Source: Auanema rhodensis
Taxonomy: Eukaryota > Animalia > Nematoda
Assembly: GCA_964057225.1 (NCBI GenBank)
Contig: OZ059897.1
Span: 12,896,001 to 12,960,000 of the forward strand
Direction of reading: 5' to 3'
Length of the DNA stretch: 64,000 nucleotides
How positions within the stretch are numbered: the first letter of the stretch is position 1; each line of letters begins with the position of its first letter. The notes under the pieces are model-generated. The model was not told the origin of the DNA, did no database searches, and worked only from the letters and a program-made list of their open reading frames with translations. The position numbers were made by a program, and so were the translations under genes. Shown piece by piece: positions 1 to 14,723 of this stretch.

Positions 1-912
1 AAGACTTCAGGCCATATAATTCTCCCAGTTTGTATGGAATACACGAAGTTTTTCATTTTTAAACAGAAAATTTTGGTTACAAGTTTACAAAGCTCTCTTC
101 ATAGATATTCAAAGGAATTCAGATATGGAAACTGATTTGCCTGCTTAAAACATTCAAGCTATGCTCTAGGAGAAACGTAGCTGTTAATCTAGCTGTGTGC
201 TTAGTATCGTTATTTTGCTAATGAATGAACTTGGCTCTCGTCTTAAACTTTGTTACAGCAAACATGGTTATTCAAAATAGTCAAAAAACATTATTAAATA
301 CATTTTTATTAAAAACTCAGTTTTTATTACATTAAGAAGAATAAAAAAGCGGCTTCTGAGCCTTTTTAAAGACGACTATCAGATTTTCATCGCACATGAC
401 TGTTTTTTATGTATTATATATCTTTGAGGATATTCATAAAGATATATGTCTGTATCAATAAAATAGACTTCTCTTCTTGTTTTCGACTTAATCATGTCTT
501 AGACAATGAGATATGCTAATTTCACGTTATTTTATTCGTGCGTGAGGTATAGAACTATTGTAGATACTTGTCTTAAAAGGCAGACAAAATTATTATTATC
601 TATTAATTCAACTATATAGTCAAAGAACAACAACTACTTGAATTTTAAATGAGTTCTGTTAAAACATGTCTTAATAAACAATAATTCTCCATCCTTTTAA
701 GAACCATTTCTTATAGGATTTTTAATTATATGTACTGATATGTTCTTTTTCATTTTTTTTAGATGAAACTTGATGTATTGGTACAAATTATTGTATTGAA
801 ATACAATTTTATAAAACGGTCAATATACTTTATACCAGAAAGTAGACATTTCAACACTTTCACTTTCGAAATATTTCTGTTATTTTCTTTACACATATTT
901 AAAATTCAAAGT

Positions 913-2676
913 ATGTCCAACACAAATGCTTTAACTGATTCTATTATCTTTAGAGGATTCATAGTACTGCCAGTAAGTCTTTATTTCCTCATTTCTTCAG
1001 TATTAACTTATAGTTTCTCTTATCCAATGAATATTATAGATATGCTTTTGTGGTTGTCTAATAAATGGGCTTTCAGCTTATATCATGTATACGCATAGTT
1101 CATTTCGGTTAATTTAATCAATTAGGTTTTCTTAATTTTAAAAACAAAATATTTAGAAATCCTTTTGGACAGTTACAAGGCCTTATGTCTTTCAGTGATT
1201 CGTCATCATCATTTTTGGTAATGATATGGATTATTATTAATATAGCATCGTAAATATCATATAATATTATATAATAATTATAATAAAATAATTTTAAGCG
1301 GAAAAAATGCTGTTCATTGGAGATTTATTAATGAAAGAATTGGACAGTATAGCTTGGGATTTTTCGAATGTTCAATTTTTTGTGCTTTTGCATTAGCACT
1401 TACTAGGTTTTTTTTTAAAAATTTGATCATTTAAAACAATTTATTTTCAGATTTATTGCTATAACTTTTCCATTGTTTTATCGAGGCAATAGGATGATGC
1501 AAATAACTAGAATCCTCAAATATAGTATTATAATATTTACTTTAACATATACTATGATGTACTATATTCGTAAGTTTTAAAAATTATAATTGAAAATCAA
1601 TCTAAAAAACATTTTCGGCCACCGCTTTAAAAGGTTGGAAGAAAGTACAATACTACTAATAAATATTTGATTATAACTTTATATTGAATATAACTAATTT
1701 TTAAATAAACAGATGTAGCTATATAAGAAATTTTATTTCACAAATTACAGCTGGATGTTCATTTGCTGTTGATGAGAATATACTTGTCTATACCTTCAGT
1801 TCAACACCATGTGGAGAATTTATTAGTTTTTATATTGATTACTGTGCTACTCTTCTTATACATGGTATAGCGGCTGTTATAAACTTAGCAACTTATATAT
1901 CAATTCGATCGAAAAGCATGGTAAACTTGTGTCAACCAAAACCACAAAGTTTTAACTATGTTATTTAGGGTCCTAACGCAGTTGTCGCAACTTGTAATTC
2001 GGGGAAAAGGAGAAAACGTGAAATTAGGTTTTATCTTCAGGTTTGTCAATATGTTAAATTTCAAGAGCAGAACATCTGGCGTTTTTTCAAATTTTTTCCC
2101 AGCTCTTCCCGTCTAAGTTTTTCAACTTTCGATTACATAATTGTTTCTGCAAACCATTTGACTGAATAACCAGGACCAGGAGTAAAGCTCCGAGTCAATC
2201 CTTGACTGAAGCCTAATCAAGTTCAGCGAGAGTATATATCTGAAACTAGTAGAGAATTTCGTTTACTTTTAATCATATTTTGCAACATTTGTGGAAGGGG
2301 AGATAGTGATGCGGGTGGAGTGCTGAACTTCCAGTAAATATAATATTTAAACCGAAATACAAAAACATTGTTTTCAGACTGTGGTACATTTGTGTTTAAT
2401 TGTAACCCAGCAAACAATTTTTCATATTTCCTCATATTTTGAATTCACAGGGCTCTTACTGTTTCTGGGAAGTACTGGAATCTGGATGTTTATAGTTATG
2501 CTTCAAGGGTAGTTTTGTCTCATTCAGTTTGGAGAAAATATAATATATACTTTTACAGATGTGTAGTATTTCTAATGAATCCCGAAATTTTAACAAAGCT
2601 AAAAAAATTTTTAAATTTGGGTAGCCCAACTTCAAAAATGTCATTAACAGCTGGTAGAGTCATGTTGAGATGTTAA
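913..2676 (+). CDS. Srx-family serpentine (7TM) chemoreceptor, multi-exon
   Basis: Phase-consistent GT-AG exons give MSNTNALTDSIIFRGFIVLP/ICFCGCLINGLSAY..FRNPFGQLQ..ALTRFIAITFPLFY..GCSFAVDENILVYTFSSTPCGEFISFYIDY..KREIRFYLQ/TVVHLCL..WMFIVMLQG/CVVFLMNPEI..RC*. The N-x-FG, RFIAI-FP, F-ST-CG and REIRF-Q motifs are typical of Srx. Confidence 0.85.
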
Positions 2677-4484
2677 GATGCTGTTAGTATTGCAGTATTG
2701 TATTGAACACAATTGGAACAAATATACAGGATTCTCATATACATGTTTTATAAGTATAAATTCAAAAAAGATTAATGATCGACATAATAAACTAATAGTA
2801 TACAGTGGTATAGACTTCATTCTACCCTCCCTCCCCCTCCTCATTATTGTTTTTAAATTTGCTTTTTGTATCACAAGATATGAAATACTTACATCATATG
2901 CAGATTCATATTTTAACACATTTGTATTTTCTGATCGCTAACCAATCTATTATACTTGAAAGTATATGAAAAGTTTTGTTCGATTTTGTAATTAAAATTA
3001 TAGTTTTATTATATATACATATATATGTGTATATGTATAATAAATTACATTTTAACATATACTATTGTACAAACATTATTAAAATATTAAAACAAAATAC
3101 GTTTTTAAAGATAATATAGGATGAGACATGTCGACATATAGTACAATCAAATAATAAAAAAGATTAGTGATATGTTGATGTCTAAGCACATCATAGTTCC
3201 AAAAAACTATAATGAAGTTAGAATGGAACAAAGAATGAGTTGATTGTAGTATTGCAAAGAATTGGATATTTGATAAAAAAAATTAATGTTAACTTATAGC
3301 AAGAAAAAAGAAAAAAAAAGAAAAATGAATTTTGTTTCGTCATTCATGCATTACAATCTCGAAGAATCAGAAACCTTTCTGATTATCCGTTGAAAATTTT
3401 CTCTTTATTGAACTTGCATAGTTAAGCATAATGCAATTAAGTTCTAAGTCATGATTGGTTTCTAATATATATGTTTGTATATATAAATCTTTTTGTATAA
3501 AAGATGTTGATATAACCTCGTCTTTTAAAATGTTTTGATGTTTCTTTAATAAATTGGAATGGTAAGAGAATTGAATAATATATAAGAATTCAACAAGTTT
3601 GCATAACTGAGCTGATAACACAGATGGCTTTCGAGGGGTCCTTTTCCTATATAATCCCTACAAACGCATGTTTGAGATATAGTTTATAAGATTTGTAATT
3701 TATTTATTTGTTTATTAATTGCAAGTATTGTAGTTAAAATCATATACATATAATCAAAACGTTGTCAACAATGTGCTTTCATATTTCAATTAGCAGATAA
3801 ACAAGGTGATTGTTTAATATAAGTTTATAATAAAAAACCTAAAGATAATTCTTTAGTATATCTCTTAAAACCAATGAGATTTATGAATATATATATATTG
3901 TAATAATATAAAAATTATAATTTATATATCTTAATATTTATTAGTTTCTATTAAAGACATATTGAACTTTGTTAGTAAAGAATCGAATTGATTCACTTTT
4001 AGCAAAGCGAGCTTTTCCTGTATTCAAGCATATCTAACTAATGAAAATTTGAAAATAATGAAATTATTTTCCGTTTTTAAAGAAATTATTTAATTATAAG
4101 TTTTCATGAGAACCACTTAAGAATCATTTACTTATATGAGTAGTATAAGTCACATATACGTATTATATAAATACTTTTCATTCGTTTTCTCGTGGAATTT
4201 CTATTGTGCTGAGCTAATAAAATTTTCTATTTCCTTTTCTTTATTAGGAGCAATTTTAGAGCTAATCTGTTTTCTAAAATCATTTTTCCTCATTTGTAAT
4301 TTTAATAAATATAATTTATAATATTCGAATTATATGTGATAATATCAATTGAACATATAATTCCATATTTCATGTCTGCCTTATTATTATTTTTATTATT
4401 ATTCTAAAATGCCAACGTTGTTACTACTTGCATATATGTCTATCTTAGTATAATAGTTGGAAAAATAAATCTTCTGTTAAAATA

Positions 4485-6005
4485 ATGCCAATCATGATGA
4501 ATATATCATATGGTCATGAATTATCATCATTAGGATTTACTACTGGTCTACTATTCATGCAATATTTCAACTTGATAGTTTTTCCTTTTTCTTTTCTAAT
4601 TAATATATTAACCTGGTATGCTGTTTATGCTAAAACAGCACCAGCAGTTGGTGGGCTCAAATATTATATATTGGTTCATCAGGTTTGAATTAATATCTTT
4701 TTCTCATTGTTATTATATATTATATATTATAACAATAACATATTTAGACGCTTAATACTATATGTGATATTTTCATAAGTTGTCTTATTCAATTATATTT
4801 ATTGTATCCATATTGTGGAGTAATTACACTAGGATATATGAATTCATTTCTATCATCAATATATCAATATGTAATTAGCTATTATGAAGAGTATTTTTAT
4901 TTTTTTATTTTTAGGGTATATACACAGGATTAATTACTATTAATTCATGTAGCATAGTTAATGCAGCATTTTATCGTTTCCAAAGTTTATTACCACAAAA
5001 TCATTGGTTTAAAATTAAAAAAGAAATTTATATTCATATTATCTGTGCAATGATAATAATATTATATTTTATACATGCATTTCTGCATGTTACGTTGAGA
5101 TTCACAGATGCTCAAACTATTAAAGAACGTGTTGTAGAAGTAAGCTTTGTAACTATTCTACTTGTTCTAAATAACAATATTATATTGTATAAACTTTTGT
5201 TTTATAGGAAAACTCATTTTTTCATCAAATTATTGATATATCAGGTGTTTTTATAGATGTTTGCCTTCCTCATAGTTTATTCCATATTATCGGCGGCTTG
5301 TTCAGTTTTAGTTAGTAAATTGCAAATCCTTGAAAATTTTTAATTATATTAATTAAACTTTGTATTCTCTATCTGAACGAAGTATTGAATATCTGTTTCA
5401 GTTAGCTTAGGTCCTTCTATTCCGTTTTTTCTACTTGGTTGTCGACATATGTTGTTAAAGAATAGAAATATATTTAGTGAAAGAACAAGGCGAATGCAAT
5501 CCCGATTCACCTTTTATCTATGTGTTCAGGTTTAACATTATTCATTTATACTTTTTATTATTTTATTTATAAATTAATTAATTAAATTTGAAAAACTAAG
5601 TGATTGTTTTAGTTAATTATACCATTGCATATGGTAGGGATTCCGTCATCATATGCACCACTTTCAATCTTTTTTTTCAATCGTACAGAATATACTTACA
5701 GTAATATACTTTTCTTTTTTTATTCATAGCTTTTATTAATTTTCAGTTTTAAATACCTGTATCTCTATATTACTAGGACTTTATTCAGTAACCTGTTCAT
5801 TATTGACATTATTTTTATGGAAATCTTATCGAATATGGTTTTGTCAACCTTTCTCACGTGTGACCCAGGTAAAATATTTTGTAGGATAACTACAATATGC
5901 AATTACAAATTGTTTAGAAATATATATCTTTATAGCAGTTTAATTATCAACTATTTTTTTCAGATTTTTCAAAAAAAGCCAAGGGTAATACTTTCAATCA
6001 CTTGA
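4485..6005 (+). CDS. Str-superfamily (Srh/Sri-like) serpentine chemoreceptor, multi-exon
   Basis: Exons read MPIMM..YAVYAKTAPAVGGLKYYILVHQ, FYRFQSLLP, FSERTRRMQSRFTFYLCVQ/LIIPL, LFLWKSYR..Q/IFQKKPRVILSIT*. These match Srh/Sri landmarks. Confidence 0.8.
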
Positions 6006-6818
6006 ATAGTTTACTAAATTATAGTTTTAATTTATTGCAAAGGTAAAGGCGTATATGAGCTTAACAAAAGTTATTTTAACAACAAAATGTTTCCTGTATT
6101 CTAGATTTTACATTCAATAAAATCTGATCCTACAAGTACTCTCTTCCATGAAATTGTCTTGTTTGGAATAGCATGAGCTTAATTTCCGGTTTTTTTTGTC
6201 CATATTTGTGAAAGAATTAGAATAGACACAGAGAGTCGGAGAAAAAAAATCTTACTTATGCTTTGATAAAGGATTACAAATTGCATTTAGGTTGAAAATT
6301 ATGATTTAACATAATTGGAATGTTATCTATGAAATACGTGTAACTCACGTCACTTTACGCAAAACAGTATAACAAATAAATTTTTTTCAAATAACAATTC
6401 AAATTAAGTTACTGTATATTCAAATATTTATATATTAATTATTATGAAACAAAAATGGAAATGTTTTTCATTCCAGGTTTTGTTTGAAGTTGCAGTGGAC
6501 GATACATGACGCAGTTCCGAATATACAAACTAGAAGATGATTTTTGAGATGTCTGGAATGTTTGTTATTTATATTAATATTTTATATAATATCATCCTCT
6601 TTGATATCATCATATGGTACACATAAAATGATAAAAAGATAAAAAAATCTTAACCAAAATTCAGATCAAGGAATGATGAATCAGTATGGTAGAATCTTCA
6701 TATGGCGTAAAAATATAATCTTTTGATTAAACAAAACACTCCTCAAGGCCTTATATATAGAAGATATTCACGTGTTCAAAGTTTGCATTCTTCCAACACA
6801 CCGTAGTATTTCTTGGAG

Positions 6819-8940
6819 ATGTTCTTATCTCGTTTGCTACTACTCTTTCTATTATCTTTCATAGATATCTCAGGTAATTTTCGACATTTAACATTTTTAA
6901 TCTTTAAAATCATTCTGAATATATAATTATTGTTTGAAGAATCTGTAAAATGTTCTCAGTGTTTTAACTACAATGGACAAGTTTGTGTTAATTCGTGGGA
7001 TTGCATAGGAAATTATTGCTTATTCGGTATATTCATATTTATTCTTTTCATTTTTATCTTCAAATCTTATTAAGAAGAAATTGTTGAAAATACTGGAATT
7101 GTTACTATAAAAAAAAGCTGCTTATCACAATCTTTCTATGTGTTTGATGATGGCACTTTCATAAGAGACACCGAATCGTGTGTATCAAAGTAAATATTTC
7201 TCATAATTGATATCATAGTTTGTTTCATTCTCACCTTGCTGATTTATAGAAGAACTAATAGTAAATCTTACAAAGTCAAAGTTTGTAATTATGCCAATAA
7301 TTGCAATAATTTCTGCAACGATAGACCAATATTGCCTCCTCTGCCAAATCCTATTCCAATAGTAAATACTCTTCCACCACCTATACTTAATGGATGTTAG
7401 TTATACATATATAATATAACATATATTGACTAAATGTCTTATTCTTTAAGTGTTTTGCTATGAATGTACTACTGATAATGGAGAAGATTGTATGACAGGG
7501 TTTTGCCAAGGAAATTATTGTTTATATGGTAAACACTTGAAATGATAGAAAGCCAAGAAAAAAAACAATATTAAGAACGTCGTCTAACTGGAAGAAAAAT
7601 GTTCCTCAGAAAGTCTTGTATCGATGATCCACAGTATCTACTTGATGATGGAACCTTAGTCAACGCCATTGATGTTTGTGAAATTCGGTCAGCTTCATTT
7701 TCACATTCACAATATGATTTAAGGATGCTTGATAGAAAATAGAAGACGAATCATATTTTCAATTCATATTTCTCATTGAAAATAATGATTCATCTTTTTA
7801 TTCTTATATTAAGAATATTCTCAAATAAACAAGCATGTTATAGGAGCACTGTTGATTCAACATACTATGTTAAAATCTGCCAAGATGTCAATAACTGTAA
7901 TGGATATTGTAATACAGCTAATCCTGATATAGAACAACGAGGTAATAACATTTTTTATTAGTAATATTTTGAAATGACTCTTTTTCAGATCCTCTCGTAA
8001 CCTGTCCGGTTTGTGAAAGTCGTAATTCAAATGACTGCTTTTCTTCAGAAACTTGCAAATCAAACTACTGCGTTTATGGTAAATTATGCATGCAAGAAAA
8101 CATTTTTTGGTAAACAAACCTTTTATTCTAGAATATCAACGTAATTCTTCGAGCGGAGCTCAATATGTGCGCAAAGGATGCTCTTCGTCATCATTCTTAA
8201 TATATCCAGATAACACCAGAACAAAAAATATTAACACTTGTGAATATAAGTACGAACGTTTCAACTTATAGTTCATTCTAATTTTTTTTAAGAACATTTG
8301 GACATGTTGAATATCAAATAAAGATTTGTAATTCTGGAAATACTTGCAGTATACCATGTGAAGTTCTTCCGATTGATCGAGGTAGACATTTAGAGTTCTT
8401 GTAATTATTTGTCTTAATTATACAATTCATTTTAAGATCCACCAATAACATGTTATACATGCACTGCTTATAATCAGGATGATTGTACTGGATCTACTTG
8501 TACTGGTAAATACTGTGTTTTTGGTAATCAAAAATTTAACCTTTTCTGAAAAACAAAAACTGAATTTGGTTGCAGACAAACAAATAATCATTAAAACTGG
8601 TCAATCAATGGTAAGTAAGTATTGCACTAATACTGCGAGTTTTCCATATCCGGATAAAAAAGTCTTCACATCAGCAATGGGACAATGTGAATATAGGTAA
8701 AACAAATTATTCTTCCAATATATATTTCTTTAACCTATATAATATAGAGAAGTTAATGGACATAGTTATGCAGTGAAGGTATGCAACACAAGTTATTGTA
8801 ATACACTTTGTTCTTCGAATCATTACACATCTACACACAAACCTCTTCCTCTAACAACAAAATCATCATCAATTAGTTTTAATTGTGTCAGCTTGATGAC
8901 TTCATTCTTGATAATTTTAATAGGATTTCGATTATTTTAA
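6819..8940 (+). CDS. Secreted, probably GPI-anchored protein with four tandem 8-Cys (Ly6/three-finger-like) modules
   Basis: Signal peptide MFLSRLLLLFLLSFIDIS. Four modules of form CxxC..C..CxxxYC..KxC..C..KxC..CxxxC, then an S/T-rich stalk and hydrophobic tail (..VSLMTSFLIILIGFRLF*). Confidence 0.8.
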
Positions 8941-10221
8941 TTATCATATAGACAATATATGGATGATTCTTTTTTTGAGATTGTTTTACTGTGCATAGTC
9001 ATTGAATTACAATTCGTCCCAAAAATGTTTGTACACTTGTTGATCATTAGTTTGTCAAAATAAAGTAAATGAATTTAAATTCAGGTAGAAAATATGTGTT
9101 TTACTAATGTTTCAATCAAAACAATCGTTTGGATATTATACTAATTTATTAGAAGCAATTAGTTTTTGGATTTCAAATGTAATCAACCATTTCTCGCCTA
9201 TGTGAATATGAATATAATTTCCATATCTTGCATATTTGCTATATATGTTATATTATTCCTAATAATTAAATTACAAAAATGGAAGTAGAAACTTTCAATA
9301 GACAAATCTAAACATAGATCATGGATGGAAAAAAAATCAAATAAACTTTGATTTAAAATTTGGTTAAAAATGTGAGAAGTTCGTTAGTAAGAAACAGGTA
9401 TCGCATCTGTTGTCATGACTCAGTAACTTGACTTTTTTTTTTGAGAAAACACAATGTTCATCATCATGAGTTCTTCATTCGTTTTTGGTTTCTTTATCCG
9501 AATATTTGAATGCTTGAGTGACTTTTCACATAATTATGTTTCATCACGTGTTTCTAATATTTTGTAGATTTTCCCTTTACTACGTCAAACTGATGAATCA
9601 CAACTGGAAATTTAAAAATTAAAAGAAATAGTAAAGATTTTCATGTCGCCTTATGAAGTATTTAAGACTCTTAGCAATAGTACCATTGCATGTTACCCAT
9701 GTTGCTTGATTGATTTTAAAACTAGTTTCAATTCAATATATAAATATATAAAGATAGAAAGATTGATAGATTGAATATTCTTATACTTTTGGCTCAAATG
9801 TACTCGCTACTTTAATCACTTTAGTAAAGGTTTTTTCATGAATTCATTTTAACAATACTATTAAAAAGCCAAGAAGATTTCAAAATTTACTTCCTTTTGA
9901 CTCTTTTCAAAAAATTCCTTATAGCCTTGACCTATCCACATCATCTTCACAAAGTTCTATAATGAAGACAACGAAAGAAACGACGTCAACATCAAAAATG
10001 CATCACGCAGGATCGAATTGTTGTTTGACAAACAGCAATCTTTTCTGGATCAAGATCGGCTAAATGGCCATTTATATGGCTCAAAGATTCAACTTTCAAG
10101 ATTTAACTGGCTTTTTGGCTTCAATTTAGCTATTGATATATTAGATTACAAGATTTATTCTTCTTTTCTCTCATAATCTTCTATTTAAAGGAAACGCAAA
10201 AGTTAATAGATATGTTTCAGA

Positions 10222-11067
10222 ATGAACTGTATTCCTGTATTTCTTTGTTATATTTGTGTAGTTTCAGCTCAATTTGTAAGTATCGTATATACCAGTTATA
10301 TGGGAATTTTATCCTTTTTTTTTTAGTTTGAGAATGAATATTTTTCACTTGATGGCCCACCTAACAGACAAAATCAACGAGTAAACTTAGATGCTTTATC
10401 ACAACAATTGGGAGCGCTTGAGAAGAGAGTTGTTCAACTAGAAACGAGGGTGAATATCGATCAAAAGAAACTTTTTTGTTTTTATTTTTCTTAAAACCTT
10501 TGTTTTCAGGTTATTCATCTTCAACAAACTGCTCATTCTGATTGGAACCAAACTGATAGTGGCTCTATCTTCAAGCTATTCCCTGATAGAAAAACATGGG
10601 AAGATGCTGAGGTATAAGATTACCTTACATATTTGAGAAAAAAAACAATTTTAAACTTTATATTTTTTTTTCAGAATCACTGTCAAACTTTTGATGGTCA
10701 TCTGGCCTCCATCGATAATGAACTGAAGAATAAATTTATCAATGGTTCGTCCTACATAAAATTCCTCATCGAGCAATTCTTCCTTTTCAGCACTAATTAA
10801 GGAAAATCCAATTGCTGATTTTGTCTGGATTGGCTTGAAGACAACAGCCACTTCAACCGTTGATCGAGATAGTTTTTCCAACTTCGCTGCAGAAAGTCCG
10901 ATTCATGGATGTGCCGGTAAGATCATATCCTTTTTCAAAAAATAATAGGATATTTCTAATCAATCGAACAAAAAATTTTTTAAGTGATGGATTCAACTGG
11001 CGTATGGTCTATTCGGTCTTGTGGACAGCTTCGTCCATACATTTGCCAAATAGTTGCTGCACGTTAA
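10222..11067 (+). CDS. Secreted C-type lectin domain protein with N-terminal coiled-coil neck
   Basis: MNCIPVFLCYICVVSAQF/..LSQQLGALEKRVVQLETR..KTWEDAE/NHCQTFDGHLASIDN..FVWIGLK..GCA/VMDSTGVWSIRSCGQLRPYICQ*. Contains WIGL and the four CTLD cysteines; TTTCAG lies just before the ATG. Confidence 0.9.
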
Positions 11068-11709
11068 GAATGATGAAGCCCGTGATCATATAAGTGATTT
11101 CGAACTATTAACACATCAATCACTTCAATTCGTTCCAATTCCTCATTTTTTATTATTTTATTAATAACAATTAATACAATCAATATATACATTCGAATTA
11201 ATAAAACGTTTCATGGTATTATTGGCGGAAATTCCGAAAATGGAAAATTGTTTGACCAATGTTGAAAAAAAAACGAGGAAAAGACTTATGACGTCCTTCA
11301 ATAATTCAATATTTTACCAGACCGGTTTCTCATCACATCGAAAAAATTGTTTATTTAATGGTTCATGAACCATTAGTTTCAAAAATTTGTAATAAAACTT
11401 TGCAAAGTTACATTTGATATTAAAAAAATTTGTATTGTTATTTATGATTTTACTGTTGTCCTTTTTTGCTTACGTTGTTCTTGCTGGGACGCGTCCATTT
11501 ATCTAATCTATTTGTAGGTTGGTGGACAATTGAGGTTGTACACTCATTTTGATTTTGCATTTGGTCTCATAGAGCTAGATCTTGATTGCCACGTAACCTG
11601 GCGCCAGTTTGAAAACACTTTTTTAGCATCCTTCTCTTTTCAGTCAATACATCCATAAAAAACGTCATAGTTGAAATAATGTACTTTTATATTTTTGATG
11701 TTACATTGA

Positions 11710-11750
<41 letters not shown>

Positions 11751-12251
11751 GAAATAGAGATGAGAGTATTGTATTTGTTTAAATTTTTTCATTCTCAAAA
11801 TTATTTGCACATTTCTTATTATTTTTGAAGTTGTAATGATCATTTCCAAGCATTTCGGTTCATTCTCTTGATAAGACATTATAATTGTATGTTTTTGTGT
11901 GTTATCCTTTATGCCATGAAATTTGCTTGATTTCCGAAATCAGCAATTTACTATCATAGTTCATTTTGACTATTTTTTTGGTCATCTTTTTCGTATCAAT
12001 TTTGGACGGCAATATGACGTTGTTTGGAAATGTGTTTATTAGTTTACTTATCTTCTGGAAACATTCAATCTATTCCGATAAATTGATAGAACTAGTTGTT
12101 CCTTCGCACTAGTTGTTCGTTGTGGACTGTTTCTGTTTTGTCATGTAATCAACTCTCAAATATAAAAATATAATATTAGAAATATTTCTCTCATATTTTT
12201 TTACTCAATTAGAATACGTTTTACTATTTCGTGTTCAAATTTGATCTTCAG

Positions 12252-13408
12252 ATGACTATCAGTGGATTCCCTCTTGTTGGACTCGGAACATGGCAAAGTA
12301 AGCCAGGAGAGGTCGGTGCAGCCGTCGAAACTGCCCTTCTCAATGGATACAAACATATTGATTGCGCCTGGGTTTATGGGAATCAAAAGGAAATTGGAGT
12401 TGTTTTCCAAAAACTTTTTTCTTCGAAAATAAAGGTGATAATTTTGCCATTAACTTTATGAGAAGGAAATGAATATAATCATGAAATTTATTGTTCAGCG
12501 TGAAGATATTTTCATCACTTCCAAAATTTGGAACTCATTCCATTCATATGAAAAGTGCACCGTAAGATTAATTGATTCATCTTTTTAAAACAGTTAAATT
12601 GAAGGAAGCTGTTGATATCATCTTGGATGAATTGAAACTTGACTATATTGACCTTCTTCTTATTCATTGGCCTATGGGATATCAAGAGGGTGGTGAACCC
12701 ATTCCTAAATATCCAGGAACTGATAAGACAATCTTTTCCGACGTTGATTATCTTGATACCTGGAGAGCACTTGAAGATGCTGTCGCCGCCGGAAAAGTTC
12801 GCAACATTGGACTTTCTAACTTCAATCATAAGCAAATTCTTCGAGTTATCGAAGCAGCTAAGATCAAGCCACAAGTTCTTCAAATTGAACTTCATCCATA
12901 TTTGCAACAGAAGAAACTTCTTCAGTTCTGTAAGGAACACGATATTGTAGTGACAGCTTATTCTTCTCTTGGAAATCCTGGGTCTTCCATGTTCCGTCAA
13001 GAAGGCGATCCAAATGTTATTACTGATCCTGTCATCAATAAGATTGCTGATGCACACAAAAAGGTAGATTTTGGCTGTTTTTTCCGGGCTTGAATTACAT
13101 CTACATACTATATAGACACCAGCTCAAATTGCTCTTCGCTGGGCTGTTCAACAAGGAGTTCACGTCATCCCTAAGTCTGTTAACGTCGGTTGGTGTTTGT
13201 GTCATCTTTAATAATTGATAAGTGATGATACATATATTTCAAAAATCGAATTCCAGATCGTATCCGTTCAAATGCAGAGCTTTTCGATTTCACTCTGACT
13301 TCTGAAGAAATGGCTGAAATTGATGGTTTAGATCGTAAATTCCGCCTGATTGATTTAACCAAAACTGCTGGTGACCATCCACATTTCAGCCTTCATGAAG
13401 AGTACTGA
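12252..13408 (+). CDS. Aldo-keto reductase (AKR1-like)
   Basis: [17 protein letters not shown] (catalytic D, Y), ITSKIWN (K), LIHWP (H), IGLSNFN, AYSSLG and VIPKSV motifs; five exons. Confidence 0.95.
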
Positions 13409-13583
13409 GCTGGCAATATAATGACCAGATTGATATGGTTATTTTTATTTTTATTTTTTCTTCGAAAATAAATTATTAGCTTATAAATTTTATCAACATT
13501 TATATAAAAATATATGATAAAACTACTGTAAAAGTACATATAAAGTATACAATAATTATGCTGTCCTATACGGAAATAGAAGT

Positions 13584-14687
13584 TTATTCGGAGTAACTAT
13601 CAAACGGAAGATAATTCCAAGACCAATCTTTTATTTTATGTTCCAATCTATCCATATATAGGCCATCATTCTTGATTATCCTATAAAAATTATTTTTATA
13701 ATCCAGTAAAATATATCTAATAGGCATGAATGCACAATGTGTTGATTTTAGAATACAATACGTGGTTGCTTGGATGCCAACTTTGTATGCAAATTAACCC
13801 CCCCCCCCCCGCAAAAAAGGAATTATTTTAGATTGAAACCAGAAAAAAGCTGTAGTGTTTTCTCTCAAACAACCAATTTTTTTTCATTTTCATTAGATAT
13901 TTTACTCTTTTTTTTCTGTCAATTTTGAAATGATTTTCTGAAGTATTTTGATTTTTACCAAGTTATATTGCTGCGACTAGGGGCTTCTCTACCAAACACA
14001 TCGAATGAATTATCAAAGCCAAAAAGTCCATGAGCATCGCACCAGAAGTGGTTGTTACCTATAAATTGTATCAAGAAGAATTGAAATGTTTTGAAATGAA
14101 TTCTTAAATATTTCTTTAGAATTCCGTAAAGATTCGTATTAATAATATTTTTCCAGACAATAGTTTTGAACCTGAGCAACAACTTTTGCATAGAAGTCTA
14201 TTTCTTCTGAAGGTACTTAGGAGAAAAACATTTTTATAATTATAACTAAGATTGCAGAGAAACAATCAAGTGTGGATTGTAAGCGTTAAATGCAAATAAT
14301 GAAAAAAACGACATTTAATTCTACTTAAGTAAAGAGCAAAGGTAAAGTTTATCTCCTAATAGATAATCAAGAAAACAAACGTTTTCCAACTCCTATTTAT
14401 ACTTTTGCAAACAAAAATTTCAAATGGCTTTTTTGTTTTATAAAAAAATAAAATCACATTTGATGTAAGGTTGTTTTTGAAACGTTCTTGTGAAAAGAAA
14501 CCAAGTGAGAAATAAGAAACGGAATCTTTTGAAGCGTGTTTCTCATATGTTAAGATTTGTCTCTGATTTTTCAGAGGCACAATTCTTCTTCCTTTGTTTC
14601 AGGAAATAGAACAATATACAGATTTTGCTTTTTTGTTTCTCATGTATTGTAGTAAATACAGATATCTATATCTACATAGATACACAT

Positions 14688-14723
<36 letters not shown>

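Noticed and set aside
2041-2377. Srx gene seemed truncated after TM5, with minus-strand ORFs nearby
   Set aside because: The TM6-7 exons are present from 2378 to 2676, so the gene is intact and the ORFs are antisense shadows.
12515-13057. 180-aa minus-strand ORF
   Set aside because: Antisense to the aldo-keto reductase exon; no motif or splice support.
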